This document shows, in pieces, positions 1 to 8,495 of a stretch of 49,900 nt of DNA (position 1 is the stretch's first letter; the number at the start of each line of letters is the position of its first letter). The notes under the pieces were generated by a model that searched no databases, had not been told where the DNA came from, and saw only the letters and a list, made by a program, of their open reading frames with translations. This DNA is from Candidatus Aminicenantes bacterium. Lineage in GTDB: Bacteria; Acidobacteriota; Aminicenantia; Aminicenantales; Saccharicenantaceae. A program made the translations under genes and the position numbers. The stretch is from positions 1 to 49,900 of the forward strand of contig JBBISK010000001.1 in assembly GCA_037441295.1 (NCBI GenBank), read 5' to 3'.

Positions 1-727
1 GCACCTGGAGGACCTCCGGAAGCGGCTGTTCTATTCCGCGCTGGCCCTCCTCGTGGCCTTCGTCCCCGGATGGATCTTCGCAAAGCAGCTTTTCGACATC
101 CTGGCCCGGCCCGTAACGAAGTTCCTCCCCGCCGGGGAAAAGCTCGCCTACACCCACCTCATCGACCCCTTCATGCTCTATCTGAAGACCGGGTTTCTGG
201 CGGCCGCTTTTGTCGCCTCCCCGTTCATCTTCCTTCAGCTCTGGTATTTCATCGCCCCGGGCCTCTATCAGAAAGAAAGGAAGTACGTCGTTCCCTTCGT
301 CATCATGACGACCCTGTTCTTCGCGGCCGGGGCGGCCTTCGGGTATTTCGTCGTCTTTCCTTTCGCCTGTCAGTTCTTCCTTCAGCTCGGCGGAAACTTC
401 CGGCCCGTCATCACCGTCGACCAGTACTTCGGTTTCGCCCTGAAGATGCTCCTGAGCATCGCCGCGACGTTCGAGACGCCGACGCTCATCTTCTTCCTGT
501 CCAAGATGGGCATCGTCACCGCCCAGTGGATGATCAAGCACTTCAAGTACGCCGTGCTCGTTATCTTCATCATCGCCGCCGTCATCACCCCGACGCCCGA
601 CTGGGTCAACCAAAGCATCGTGGCCATCCCGATGATCGCCCTCTACGGCCTCAGTATCCTCATCGCGCTCGTCGTCGGACGCGGCAAGGCAAAGGCCAAG
701 GCCTCCGAGGAGACGCCGGCCGGATAG
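1..727 (+). CDS. tatC: Tat translocase subunit TatC (5' end cut by window edge)
   Basis: The frame is open from nt 2 and reads HLEDLRKRLFYS, the conserved TatC N-terminal HLxELRxRL motif. It continues through ORF 53..727, which has multiple hydrophobic helices typical of TatC. Confidence 0.9.
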   Translation, partial: HLEDLRKRLFYSALALLVAFVPGWIFAKQLFDILARPVTKFLPAGEKLAYTHLIDPFMLYLKTGFLAAAFVASPFIFLQLWYFIAPGLYQKERKYVVPFVIMTTLFFAAGAAFGYFVVFPFACQFFLQLGGNFRPVITVDQYFGFALKMLLSIAATFETPTLIFFLSKMGIVTAQWMIKHFKYAVLVIFIIAAVITPTPDWVNQSIVAIPMIALYGLSILIALVVGRGKAKAKASEETPAG

Positions 728-821
728 ATGAGCGGCCAAGCGGAGGCCGTCCGCCCCGGGACTTGGAGGTGGACGCGGTCGAGGGGACGAGGGAGACTCG
801 TGAAAGGACGGTTCTGACGCC

Positions 822-2465
822 ATGGACGGACGCCTGATCATCCGGAACGAACGCGTCGGGACGGCCGAGAAGCTCGTCTCCGAGAATCCCGCGACACTCG
901 AACCCGTCGGCGAAGTGAGCCTGGCCTCCGAAGACCTGTGTGAACGGGCCATCCAGGCGGCGAAAGAGGCCTTCCCCCTCTGGCGGGACCTCCCGTCGAA
1001 GAAGAAGGGAGAGATCTTCAAGCGGGCCGAGGGGATACTGGCCCGCCGCGCCGAGGAAGCCGGGCGGCTCATCGCCATGGAGAAGGGCTCGCCCTACCCG
1101 GAGTCGCTGGCCGTCGAGGTCTTCGGCTCCCTCCAGGCCTTAAGCTACTACGCCGAGAACCAGGAGCGGCTCCTCCAGCCCCACCGGACCCGCCACCACG
1201 TGCCGCTGTTCTACAACAAGAAGAGCTTCTTCCACTATCATCCGCTCGGCCCGACCCTGGTCATCTCCCCCTGGAACTTCCCCCTCCTCATCCCCGTGAG
1301 CGACGTCATCAGCGCCCTGACCGCGGGCAACACCGTGGTCCTCCGGCCCTCGACGACGACGCCGCTCATCGCCCTCCTCCTCGGGGAGATCTTCCTCGAG
1401 GCCGGCCTGCCCGCGGGGGTCCTCAACGTCGTCGTCTGCCGCGTGCCCCAGGCCGAGGCCATGATCGTCCACCCCGACGTCCAGACCGTCATGTTCACGG
1501 GCAGCGTCGGCATCGGTCGGAGGATCATGGAGCTATGCAGCCGCAACCTGACCAACGTGACCCTCGAGCTCGGCGGCAAGGACCCCATGATCGTCCTCGA
1601 GGACGCCGACCTCGAGCGCGCCGCCCGGGGAGCCGTCTGGGCATCCTACATGAACTGCGGTCAGAGCTGCGGCTCGGTCGAGCGGGTCTACGTGGCCAGG
1701 CCGCTTCTCGAGGAGTTCACGGCCCGGGTCGTCGACCTGACGCGCCAGGTCACGGTCGGCAACCCGCTGGACGACGGCGTCGGCATGGGACCCATGGCCA
1801 ACGCCGGACAGCTCGAGGTCGTCATGGACCACATCGAGGACGCGCGGGCCAAGGGCGCCCGCATCCTCGCCGGCGGGAATAGGATCAAGACGCTCCCGGG
1901 CTATTTCGTCGAGCCGACCGTCCTCGACCGCGTCGACCATACGATGAAGGTCATGGCCGAGGAGACGTTCGGACCGACCCTTCCCATCATGGCCTTCGAC
2001 TCCCCGGAGGAGGCCGTGGCCCTGGCCAACGACAGCCGGTACGGACTGACGGCCTCGGTCTGGACGCGGAGCCGGAAGCGGGCGGAGTGGTTCGCCGACC
2101 GGCTCGAGGCGGGCTCGGTGACCGTCAACGACCACATGTACTCGTTCGTCGAACCACGGGCCATCTGGGGCGGCATCAAGCAGACCGGCATGGGCCGCTG
2201 CCACGGGCCCTTCGGGCTCCACGAGCTGGTCAACATCAAGTACATCAGCCATGACTACCTCGCGAAGAAGTCCCAGCCCTGGTGGTATCCCTATGACCGC
2301 AGCCTGGCGACCATGTTCGAGAAGGCCATCCCGCTCTTCCACGGCCCCTCGCTTGGGGTGAAGCTGCGCTCGGCGTGGGGCCTCCTGCCGAGCTGGGGCC
2401 GGGTCCGGTCGACCGGCTCGCTCCTGAACTACGTCAAGGGCCTGCCGCGGATCCTGAAAAAATGA
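822..2465 (+). CDS. NAD(P)-dependent aldehyde dehydrogenase family protein with C-terminal extension
   Basis: 547 aa. ALDH hallmarks are present: LELGGKDP, FMNCGQSCGSVERVYV (catalytic Cys region) and EETFGPTLPI. The stop overlaps the next start (ATGA at 2462-2465). Confidence 0.85.
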   Translation: MDGRLIIRNERVGTAEKLVSENPATLEPVGEVSLASEDLCERAIQAAKEAFPLWRDLPSKKKGEIFKRAEGILARRAEEAGRLIAMEKGSPYPESLAVEVFGSLQALSYYAENQERLLQPHRTRHHVPLFYNKKSFFHYHPLGPTLVISPWNFPLLIPVSDVISALTAGNTVVLRPSTTTPLIALLLGEIFLEAGLPAGVLNVVVCRVPQAEAMIVHPDVQTVMFTGSVGIGRRIMELCSRNLTNVTLELGGKDPMIVLEDADLERAARGAVWASYMNCGQSCGSVERVYVARPLLEEFTARVVDLTRQVTVGNPLDDGVGMGPMANAGQLEVVMDHIEDARAKGARILAGGNRIKTLPGYFVEPTVLDRVDHTMKVMAEETFGPTLPIMAFDSPEEAVALANDSRYGLTASVWTRSRKRAEWFADRLEAGSVTVNDHMYSFVEPRAIWGGIKQTGMGRCHGPFGLHELVNIKYISHDYLAKKSQPWWYPYDRSLATMFEKAIPLFHGPSLGVKLRSAWGLLPSWGRVRSTGSLLNYVKGLPRILKK

Positions 2466-3001
2466 CCGTCAAGCCGAGGCTCATCGGACTGACCGGCACC
2501 AACGGCGCCGGCAAGGGGGAGGCGGCCGCCTTCTTCCGGGAGCGGGGCTACGCCTACGCGTCGCTGTCCGACATCCTCCGGGAGGAGCTCCGGGCCCGCG
2601 GCCTCGAGTCGGCGCGCGACAACTTGATCCGCATCGGCAACGAGCTGCGGCGCGCGTTCGGGCCGGACGTCCTGGCCCGGCGGACGATGGCCGGGGTGAC
2701 CGGGCCGTCGGTCATCGACAGCATCCGGAACCTGCGCGAGGTTGCTTTCCTGAGGGCCCAAGCGGGGTTCATTCTCCTCGCCTTCGACGCTCCGCCCGAG
2801 GTCCGCTTCGCCCGCGTCCGGGCGCGCGGCAGGGACGAGTCGGCGGCGACGCTCGACGCGTTCCTGGCGAAGGAGGCGGAGGAGCGGGCCGGGGGCGAGG
2901 CCGCCCAGCAGATCGAAGCCTGCATGGCCGAGGCCGACGTCCTCATCTGGAACGACGGGACGATCGAAGACCTTCACCGCCAGCTGGAGAAACTCCTATG
3001 A
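2462..3001 (+). CDS. P-loop nucleotide/nucleoside kinase-like protein (CoaE/dNMP-kinase-like)
   Basis: The internal ATG at 2462 gives MTVKPRLIGLTGTNGAGKGE, with a Walker A motif directly at the N-terminus. The upstream part of ORF 2375..3001 overlaps the ALDH gene and is rejected. ATGA coupling occurs on both sides. Confidence 0.65.
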   Translation: MTVKPRLIGLTGTNGAGKGEAAAFFRERGYAYASLSDILREELRARGLESARDNLIRIGNELRRAFGPDVLARRTMAGVTGPSVIDSIRNLREVAFLRAQAGFILLAFDAPPEVRFARVRARGRDESAATLDAFLAKEAEERAGGEAAQQIEACMAEADVLIWNDGTIEDLHRQLEKLL

Positions 3002-3516
3002 GCCCGACACGGACATCCAAGGACCTGTACTATCTGGGCATCGCCCGCGAGGTCGCGACGCGGAGCACCTGCTTCCGCCGAGCCATCGGGGCCATCATCG
3101 TCCGGGACGACCAGATCATTTCGACGGGGTATGTCGGGGCGCCCCGCAAGACCAAGGACAGCCTGGAACACGGCTTCTGCCTTCGCGACAAGCTCGGCAT
3201 CCCCCACGGCCAGCGCTACGAGCTCTGCCGGAGCGTCCACGCCGAGCAGAACGCCATCATCAACGCCGCCCGGGCCGGCGTCAGCCTCCTCGGCGGGGAC
3301 ATGTACATCTACGGCAGCGCGCCCGGGGCGGACAAGCCCATCGACGCCTTCCCCTGCTTCATCTGCAAGAAGATGATCATCAACTCCGGCCTCGACCGGA
3401 TCGTCTGCTCGACCGAGGACGGCGCGACGCGCGTCTTCCGCATCGACGAGTGGATCCGCGACTGGCAGGAGCGCGACATCGTCGACGACGAGCACCAGTA
3501 CGGAAAGAAGCCATGA
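2998..3516 (+). CDS. Deoxycytidylate (dCMP) deaminase, ComEB/CDA zinc-dependent family
   Basis: Carries the HAEQNAI (H-A-E zinc/catalytic motif) and PCFICKKMI (PCxxC zinc motif). Length is 172 aa. Confidence 0.9.
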   Translation: MSPTRTSKDLYYLGIAREVATRSTCFRRAIGAIIVRDDQIISTGYVGAPRKTKDSLEHGFCLRDKLGIPHGQRYELCRSVHAEQNAIINAARAGVSLLGGDMYIYGSAPGADKPIDAFPCFICKKMIINSGLDRIVCSTEDGATRVFRIDEWIRDWQERDIVDDEHQYGKKP

Positions 3517-5735
3517 CCGTCCGCAAGGCGGCGGGGGCTCGCCCCCTCGCCCCTCCGGCGTTCTTCCTCGTTCTACTGACGGCCTTGCTCTTTCTTTCCG
3601 CTGGCCGCTCTGAGCCTTGCTGCGGTCCCGGGCCGCGCCCAGCCGTCCCGGCGATGGGCCGGGAGGACGGGAGCGGGATCCTGAGTCTCCTCGGCCTGGA
3701 GCCGTCGGCGGAATCGGTCGACTACGTCAAGAACAAGACCCAGTTCCAGCTCCACACGCTGCTCACGGAGCAGCGTCACCCGAAGACCTGGGACCTCGGC
3801 GAGCGGGTCCGCAATGACACGCTCGAGGGGCTTCGGATGCTCTCATCCGTGGACGACGACATCCGGGCGAAGCTCGAGACGATGGCCGCCGACGCGGGCG
3901 TGCTCGAGACGCTCGACGCGGCGGCCGCCGCGGTCGAGACGGCGCTCCTGGCGAAAAGGAAGGTCTATATCTACGGCTGCGGCGCGACGGGGCGGCTGGC
4001 CAAGCAGATGGAGAGCGCCTTCTGGCGGCCGTTCTGGAGGAAGGTCCGGGCGGACGGCGAGGCCTGGCCGAAGCTCACGGGGCGTCTGTCCGCGGCCGTC
4101 GAGGACGAGCTCATCGGGGAGATGACGGGCGCCGACCGCGCCCTCATCAGCTCTCTCGAGGGCTTCGAGGACCTTCAGCTCATCGGCCGCCTCCAGCTCC
4201 GAGACCGGGGCGTCGGCAGGGGCGACGTCGTCATCTGTGTCACCGAGGGCGGCGAGACATCGTCGGTCATCGGCACGATCCTCGCGGCGCACGACCAGTG
4301 GACGGCCAAGCCGGGCTACGACCCGGCGGTCAGCCGGAAGAACCTCTATTTCGTCTATAACAACCCGGACGAACGACTGAGGCCGTTCGAGCGGAGCCGC
4401 AAGGTCCTGGAGGAGCCGGGCATCACCAAGATCAACCTGACGACCGGGCCGCAGGCGATCACCGGCTCGACGCGGATGCAGGCGACGACGATCGAGACGT
4501 ACGTTGTCGGCACCGTCCTCGAGGCGGCCGTCGGGCGGACGCTCGGCCGGTTCCTGGCGCCGCGGGAGATGCGGCGGCTGGGGTTCGAGCCGGTGTTCAA
4601 GACGGCGGCGCGGCTCCGCGAGTTCGGCGGCGTCCTCGAGGCGGCGCGCGAGTCGCTCCCGGCGCTCTCCCGGCTGACCGATATCGAGGCGGGGACCTAC
4701 GGCGGAGGCCATTTCTCGACATATTTCGCGGCCAGGGGCCTGATCACTGTCTTCATCGACAGCACCGAGCGGAGTCCGACCTTCCGGCTCTTCCCGCTCG
4801 ATACGGTCCGGGAGCCGGCGCGGAAATGCTGGATCGAGGTGTGGACCGGGGCGGCGACGCTCGGCGAGGCCTGGCGGGCGTTCCTGGGGCGGCCGTTCCG
4901 CGGCCTCGATGCGGCATTCTACCGGGTGCCGTTCGAAACGGGGATCGCAGACCCTTACCTGCGGCGGGCGGCCCTCGAGAGCCTGAAGAAGGCCGGGGAC
5001 GACCAGCAGGACCTCTACGACTTCTCGATGTCGGCAACGAACGCCGGTGGACGCGGCCCCGGACCGGGCGACCTGGGCGTCATGGTCGCCTTCTCGCCTG
5101 AGGACGCGGAGTTCGGGCGCGCGGATTCGGCCTTCCGGAAGTTCATGGACCTCTGCGCGGGCGAGCGCGCGCGCCTGGCCGTGCTGCTCGTCACGGACGG
5201 CCGGACGGAGGGGACGGAAGGGGCCGTGGGCCGGGTCCGGCGGGGTTGGCGCGGACTGACGGAGTCGCTCATCGTCGTCCCTATTCGCATGGGGACGGCG
5301 GGCGATCCCTTCGGGTTGAAGCCGCAGGTCGCGGCCAAGATGATCCTCAACGCCCACTCGACCGCGGTCATGGCCAAGCTCGGCAAGGTCATCGGGAACA
5401 CGATGACCAACGTCAGCCCGTCGAACCTCAAGCTTATCGGGCGCGCGACCTTCCTCATCCAGTCGCACGTGAACGACGTCCTTGGGCGGGCGGGCTGGAC
5501 CGAAGCGCATGGCCGGCGGGCTCCGATAGCGTATGCCGAGGCCAACGCCGTCCTCTTCGACGCCATCGGCTGGCTCAAGGACAGGCAGAACGAGGCGGGC
5601 CAGACGGCCGAGGTCGCCTTCTCGATCATCCGGATCCTCGAATCGCTGAAGGAGGGCCGGGGTGTCGCGAGGGAGGGGGCGCTCCGGATCGTGCGGACCG
5701 TCGGCCTCAGCGCCTATCTTTCCGCCATCAAGTAA
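3513..5735 (+). CDS. Large double-SIS protein related to MurNAc-6-P etherase (MurQ) and glucokinase regulatory protein, with hydrophobic N-terminus
   Basis: Start taken at the ATGA overlap (3513). MurQ-like blocks are present: VYIYGCGATGRLA, VVICVTEGGETSSVIG and ITGSTRMQATTIE. There is also a C-terminal KPQVAAKMILNAHSTAVMAKLGKVIGNTMTNVSPSNLKL block. At 740 aa the protein is about twice MurQ length. The N-terminus PPAFFLVLLTALLFLSAG looks like a signal or anchor. Confidence 0.7.
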   Translation: MTVRKAAGARPLAPPAFFLVLLTALLFLSAGRSEPCCGPGPRPAVPAMGREDGSGILSLLGLEPSAESVDYVKNKTQFQLHTLLTEQRHPKTWDLGERVRNDTLEGLRMLSSVDDDIRAKLETMAADAGVLETLDAAAAAVETALLAKRKVYIYGCGATGRLAKQMESAFWRPFWRKVRADGEAWPKLTGRLSAAVEDELIGEMTGADRALISSLEGFEDLQLIGRLQLRDRGVGRGDVVICVTEGGETSSVIGTILAAHDQWTAKPGYDPAVSRKNLYFVYNNPDERLRPFERSRKVLEEPGITKINLTTGPQAITGSTRMQATTIETYVVGTVLEAAVGRTLGRFLAPREMRRLGFEPVFKTAARLREFGGVLEAARESLPALSRLTDIEAGTYGGGHFSTYFAARGLITVFIDSTERSPTFRLFPLDTVREPARKCWIEVWTGAATLGEAWRAFLGRPFRGLDAAFYRVPFETGIADPYLRRAALESLKKAGDDQQDLYDFSMSATNAGGRGPGPGDLGVMVAFSPEDAEFGRADSAFRKFMDLCAGERARLAVLLVTDGRTEGTEGAVGRVRRGWRGLTESLIVVPIRMGTAGDPFGLKPQVAAKMILNAHSTAVMAKLGKVIGNTMTNVSPSNLKLIGRATFLIQSHVNDVLGRAGWTEAHGRRAPIAYAEANAVLFDAIGWLKDRQNEAGQTAEVAFSIIRILESLKEGRGVAREGALRIVRTVGLSAYLSAIK

Positions 5736-5738
5736 GAC

Positions 5739-5790
5739 GGGGTCAGGTCTACTTTCTATTAGTTTTCTGAAAGAAAGTAGACCTGACCCC
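5739..5790. repeat. REP-like perfect hairpin (copy A): 19-bp arms GGGGTCAGGTCTACTTTCT / AGAAAGTAGACCTGACCCC, 14-nt loop
   Basis: Read directly from the sequence. It sits 3 nt after the stop of the upstream gene and 85 nt before the RAYT gene. Confidence 0.9.
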
Positions 5791-5875
5791 CCCTCTTCTA
5801 GCGAGAAATCAAGCGGGCTGACCGCGTCTTCTTCTTTGTCATCCGACAACTCAGCGGCTTAGGTCATAAAGACTC

Positions 5876-6820
5876 ATGGCGAGGCCACTTCGGATCGAAT
5901 ATCCCGGTGCGTTCTACCATGTCCACGCGAGGGGAAATCAAAAGCAACCTATCTTCCTTTCGGACGAGGATCGTTTTTACTTTCTCAACTGCTTGCGTGC
6001 CGCTTATGAGAAGCTCGGGGCTGTCGTACACGCCTATTGCCTAATGGAGAACTATTACCATCTCCTGAACGAGACCCCTCATGGGAACCTCTCGAAGGTG
6101 ATGCATCTCATCAACACCACATACTCCATTTACTTCAACAAGAAGCATGCGCGTTGCGGCCACCCCTTCCAGGGACGTTTCAGCGCGATTCTCGTTCAGG
6201 CCGATATCTATGCGCGCGAACTGGCCGCCTACGTGCATCTTAATCCCGTGCGTGCCGGCATTGTCGGGTCGCCCGAAGAATACGCCTGGTCCAATTATCG
6301 GGAGTACCTTCGTCCCGAATCGTCGCAACCTTGGACCAGGACCTCCTTCGTCCTTCGCCTTTTCGCCTCAGATTCCCTGCGGGCCAGCCACCTTTATGCC
6401 GATTTTGTCCAAAGGCGCGCCGGGCAATCCCTTCCCGACCTTCTTAAGGCAGCCGAATCTGCTGGGATTCTCGGTGAGGCGGCCTTCCTCGCGCGCATTT
6501 ATAGCGCCTTCCCGGTTCGCCAATCTGATCCGATTCCCCGGGAAATCCCTCAACTTCGCAAACTCAAGTTCAGACCTCCGCTCCAGACCGTAGTGGCCGT
6601 TGCGGAACGCGTCCTCGGCCCGAAAAACGCCTTCGCCCGCAACGCCGCAATTTACGTTATCCACAAAAGAACAGATTACAGCCTCAGCGAGATTGCCGCT
6701 CATTTTAATATGAGCATTTCGGGCATCTCTGACGTCAGCCGAAAGATCCGCAGGGAACTGAACGGCAACGGCGTGCTCTCCAAAGCGATCGAAGAGATCG
6801 CCTTGTCAATCTTCCGTTAG
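5876..6820 (+). CDS. REP-associated tyrosine transposase (RAYT; IS200/IS605-like Y1 transposase) with C-terminal DnaA-C-like HTH
   Basis: The N-terminus YHVHARGN carries the HUH motif (H-V-H). YCLMENYYHLL and AAYVHLNPVRAGIV provide the catalytic-Tyr region. The C-terminal DYSLSEIAAHFNMSISGISDV resembles a DnaA domain IV type HTH. The gene is visibly lower in GC than its flanks. Confidence 0.85.
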   Translation: MARPLRIEYPGAFYHVHARGNQKQPIFLSDEDRFYFLNCLRAAYEKLGAVVHAYCLMENYYHLLNETPHGNLSKVMHLINTTYSIYFNKKHARCGHPFQGRFSAILVQADIYARELAAYVHLNPVRAGIVGSPEEYAWSNYREYLRPESSQPWTRTSFVLRLFASDSLRASHLYADFVQRRAGQSLPDLLKAAESAGILGEAAFLARIYSAFPVRQSDPIPREIPQLRKLKFRPPLQTVVAVAERVLGPKNAFARNAAIYVIHKRTDYSLSEIAAHFNMSISGISDVSRKIRRELNGNGVLSKAIEEIALSIFR

Positions 6821-6834
6821 CGGCCATACATGAA

Positions 6835-6887
6835 GGGGTCAGGTCTGCTCCTTTGCAGAAGAACTGATAGAAAGTAGACCTGACCCC
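6835..6887. repeat. REP-like element (copy B, degenerate left arm)
   Basis: The left arm GGGGTCAGGTCT (6835-6846) pairs with AGACCTGACCCC (6876-6887). The right arm AGAAAGTAGACCTGACCCC (6869-6887) is identical to copy A. Confidence 0.8.
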
Positions 6888-6894
6888 TTCCTAA

Positions 6895-8004
6895 TCAGGG
6901 CAAGGAGGGGTGGTCGAGAGTGTAGCAGGGCGCCGGGGCGGGCCGCGGCCGGCGCTTCGCCTTGGGCTTGGCCTGCGGGTAGACGTAGATCTCGCCGGCG
7001 TAGTTCCGCATCACAACCTGCTCGTCGTTGATGGACTGGACGTACTTCGGCAGAACCGGGATCTTGCCGCCCCCTCCAGGCGCGTCGATGCAGTAATACG
7101 GCACGGCCAGGCCGGACGTCCAACCCCGCAGCGCGTCCATGATCTCGATCCCCTTCTCGACCGTCGTCCGCAGGTGCTCCGTGCCGCTGACGTAATCGGC
7201 CTGGTAGATGTAGTACGGCCGGACGCGGACGGCGAGGAGCTTCTGCATCAGCCGCTTCATCGTCGCCGGGTCGTCGTTGACGCCCTTGAGCAGGACCGTC
7301 TGGTTGCCGAGCGGGATGCCGGCGTCGGCCAGCAGCCCGAGGGCCCGCGCCGCCTCGGGCGTAATCTCGTCGGGGTGGTTGAAGTGGACATTGACGTAGA
7401 GAGGGTGGTACTTGCGGAACATGGCCACGAGCTTCTCGGTGATCCGTTGCGGCAGGACACAGGGCACGCGCGTGCCGATCCGGATGATCTCGACGTGCGG
7501 GATGGCCCGCACGGCCTTCAAAATGTCCTCGAGCCGGCGGTCGCTCAACATGAGCGGGTCGCCGCCCGAGATGATGACGTCCCGGATCTCCGGGTGGTTC
7601 CGGATGTACTCGACCCCGGCCTCGATGTAGCGGGGGTGGATCTTCGACGGGTCGCCGACCTTCCGCTTCCGGGTGCAGAACCGGCAGTACGAGGCGCAGC
7701 TGTGCGAGACGAGGAACAGGGCCCGGTCGGGATAGCGGTGGACGATCCCCGGCACCGGGGAATCCTCGTCCTCGAGGAGCGGGTCCGCCTCGCCGGTGTG
7801 CTCCTTGAGCTCGGCCGGGTCGGGGACCATCTGGCGCCACATCGGGTCGCCCTTCTCCTTGATCAAACTGGCGTAGTGCGGAGTGATCTGGATCTTGAAG
7901 ACGCGGGCGATCCGCTTGACCTCCTCCAGATCGAGTCCGAAGGTGCGGGCGATCTCCTCAGGTTTCCTGAGACTGCCCTGAAGCAAACGTTGCCAGTCGT
8001 CCAT
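6895..8004 (-). CDS. kamA: Lysine 2,3-aminomutase (KamA family radical SAM/PLP enzyme)
   Basis: Start chosen at MDDWQRLL (ATG at 8004, preceded by GAGGAG). Motifs present are the CASYCRFCTRKR radical SAM cluster, SGGDPL, YYIYQADYVSGTEH and DAPGGGGK. The longer ORF to 8205 overlaps the GNAT gene. Confidence 0.9.
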   Translation of the reverse strand: MDDWQRLLQGSLRKPEEIARTFGLDLEEVKRIARVFKIQITPHYASLIKEKGDPMWRQMVPDPAELKEHTGEADPLLEDEDSPVPGIVHRYPDRALFLVSHSCASYCRFCTRKRKVGDPSKIHPRYIEAGVEYIRNHPEIRDVIISGGDPLMLSDRRLEDILKAVRAIPHVEIIRIGTRVPCVLPQRITEKLVAMFRKYHPLYVNVHFNHPDEITPEAARALGLLADAGIPLGNQTVLLKGVNDDPATMKRLMQKLLAVRVRPYYIYQADYVSGTEHLRTTVEKGIEIMDALRGWTSGLAVPYYCIDAPGGGGKIPVLPKYVQSINDEQVVMRNYAGEIYVYPQAKPKAKRRPRPAPAPCYTLDHPSLP

Positions 8005-8021
8005 CTCCTCAAGACTCCTTG

Positions 8022-8495
8022 TCAGCGAATGGATTTCGCATAGATGACGCGATCGTCGCCCGGCTTGTAATAGTCGGGAATCCGGGCGACTTCCTTGTAA
8101 CCCAGGTTGACGTAGAACTCCCGGGTCGCGTGGTACCGGGGCTGGGACGAGGTCTCGATGATGACCATCCGGCCGCGGCGCGTCCCGACCTCGGCTTCGA
8201 GCCACCGCACCAGCTCCTTACCGCGGCCCTTCCCCTGCTCCGACGGCGCGACGGCCATCCAGTAGAGGTCGTAGACGTCCTCGGCCATCGGCGTCGGCCC
8301 CCAGGTCAGGTAGCCCACGACGTCCTTCCGCTCGTTCTCGACGACGACGACCCGGTAGTCTGGCTGCTCCGGCACGCCGAGATAGATGTCGATGAGCTCC
8401 TCGGCCACGTCGACCTCGGCGGGAGTGAACATCCCCGTGGCCCGGACGAGGGCCAGCACGGGCTGCTTATCGGCCGGCTGCATTGGGCGGATCAT
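8022..8495 (-). CDS. GNAT family N-acetyltransferase (157 aa)
   Basis: Internal start MIRPMQPADK. The acetyl-CoA binding block is WMAVAPSEQGKGRGKELV (Q/RxxGxG/A). The upstream part of ORF 8022..8906 is an Arg-rich shadow of the ATP-grasp gene. Confidence 0.85.
   Translation of the reverse strand: MIRPMQPADKQPVLALVRATGMFTPAEVDVAEELIDIYLGVPEQPDYRVVVVENERKDVVGYLTWGPTPMAEDVYDLYWMAVAPSEQGKGRGKELVRWLEAEVGTRRGRMVIIETSSQPRYHATREFYVNLGYKEVARIPDYYKPGDDRVIYAKSIR

Larger units (their letters stand above)
5739..6887 (+). mobile_element. RAYT gene bracketed by REP-type hairpins (REP/RAYT unit)
   Basis: Copy A is upstream and the degenerate copy B is downstream. Both share the terminus AGAAAGTAGACCTGACCCC. 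The whole unit forms a low-GC island. Confidence 0.7.

Noticed and set aside
3843-5849. 668-aa ORF antisense to the GKRP-like gene. Similar long shadow ORFs include 15794..17929 (+), 29420..31573 (-), 31641..33530 (-), 33654..34745 (-), 34883..36073 (-), 39799..41088 (+), 41960..43750 (+), 43901..45622 (+), 46657..48042 (+), 6910..8043 (+), 8386..9894 (+) and 10799..12274 (+).
   Set aside because: All lie opposite genes with clear family motifs. Their translations are Arg/Gly/Pro/Asp/Glu-rich low-complexity strings with no recognisable motifs. This is typical of stop-codon-poor antisense frames in ~67% GC DNA.
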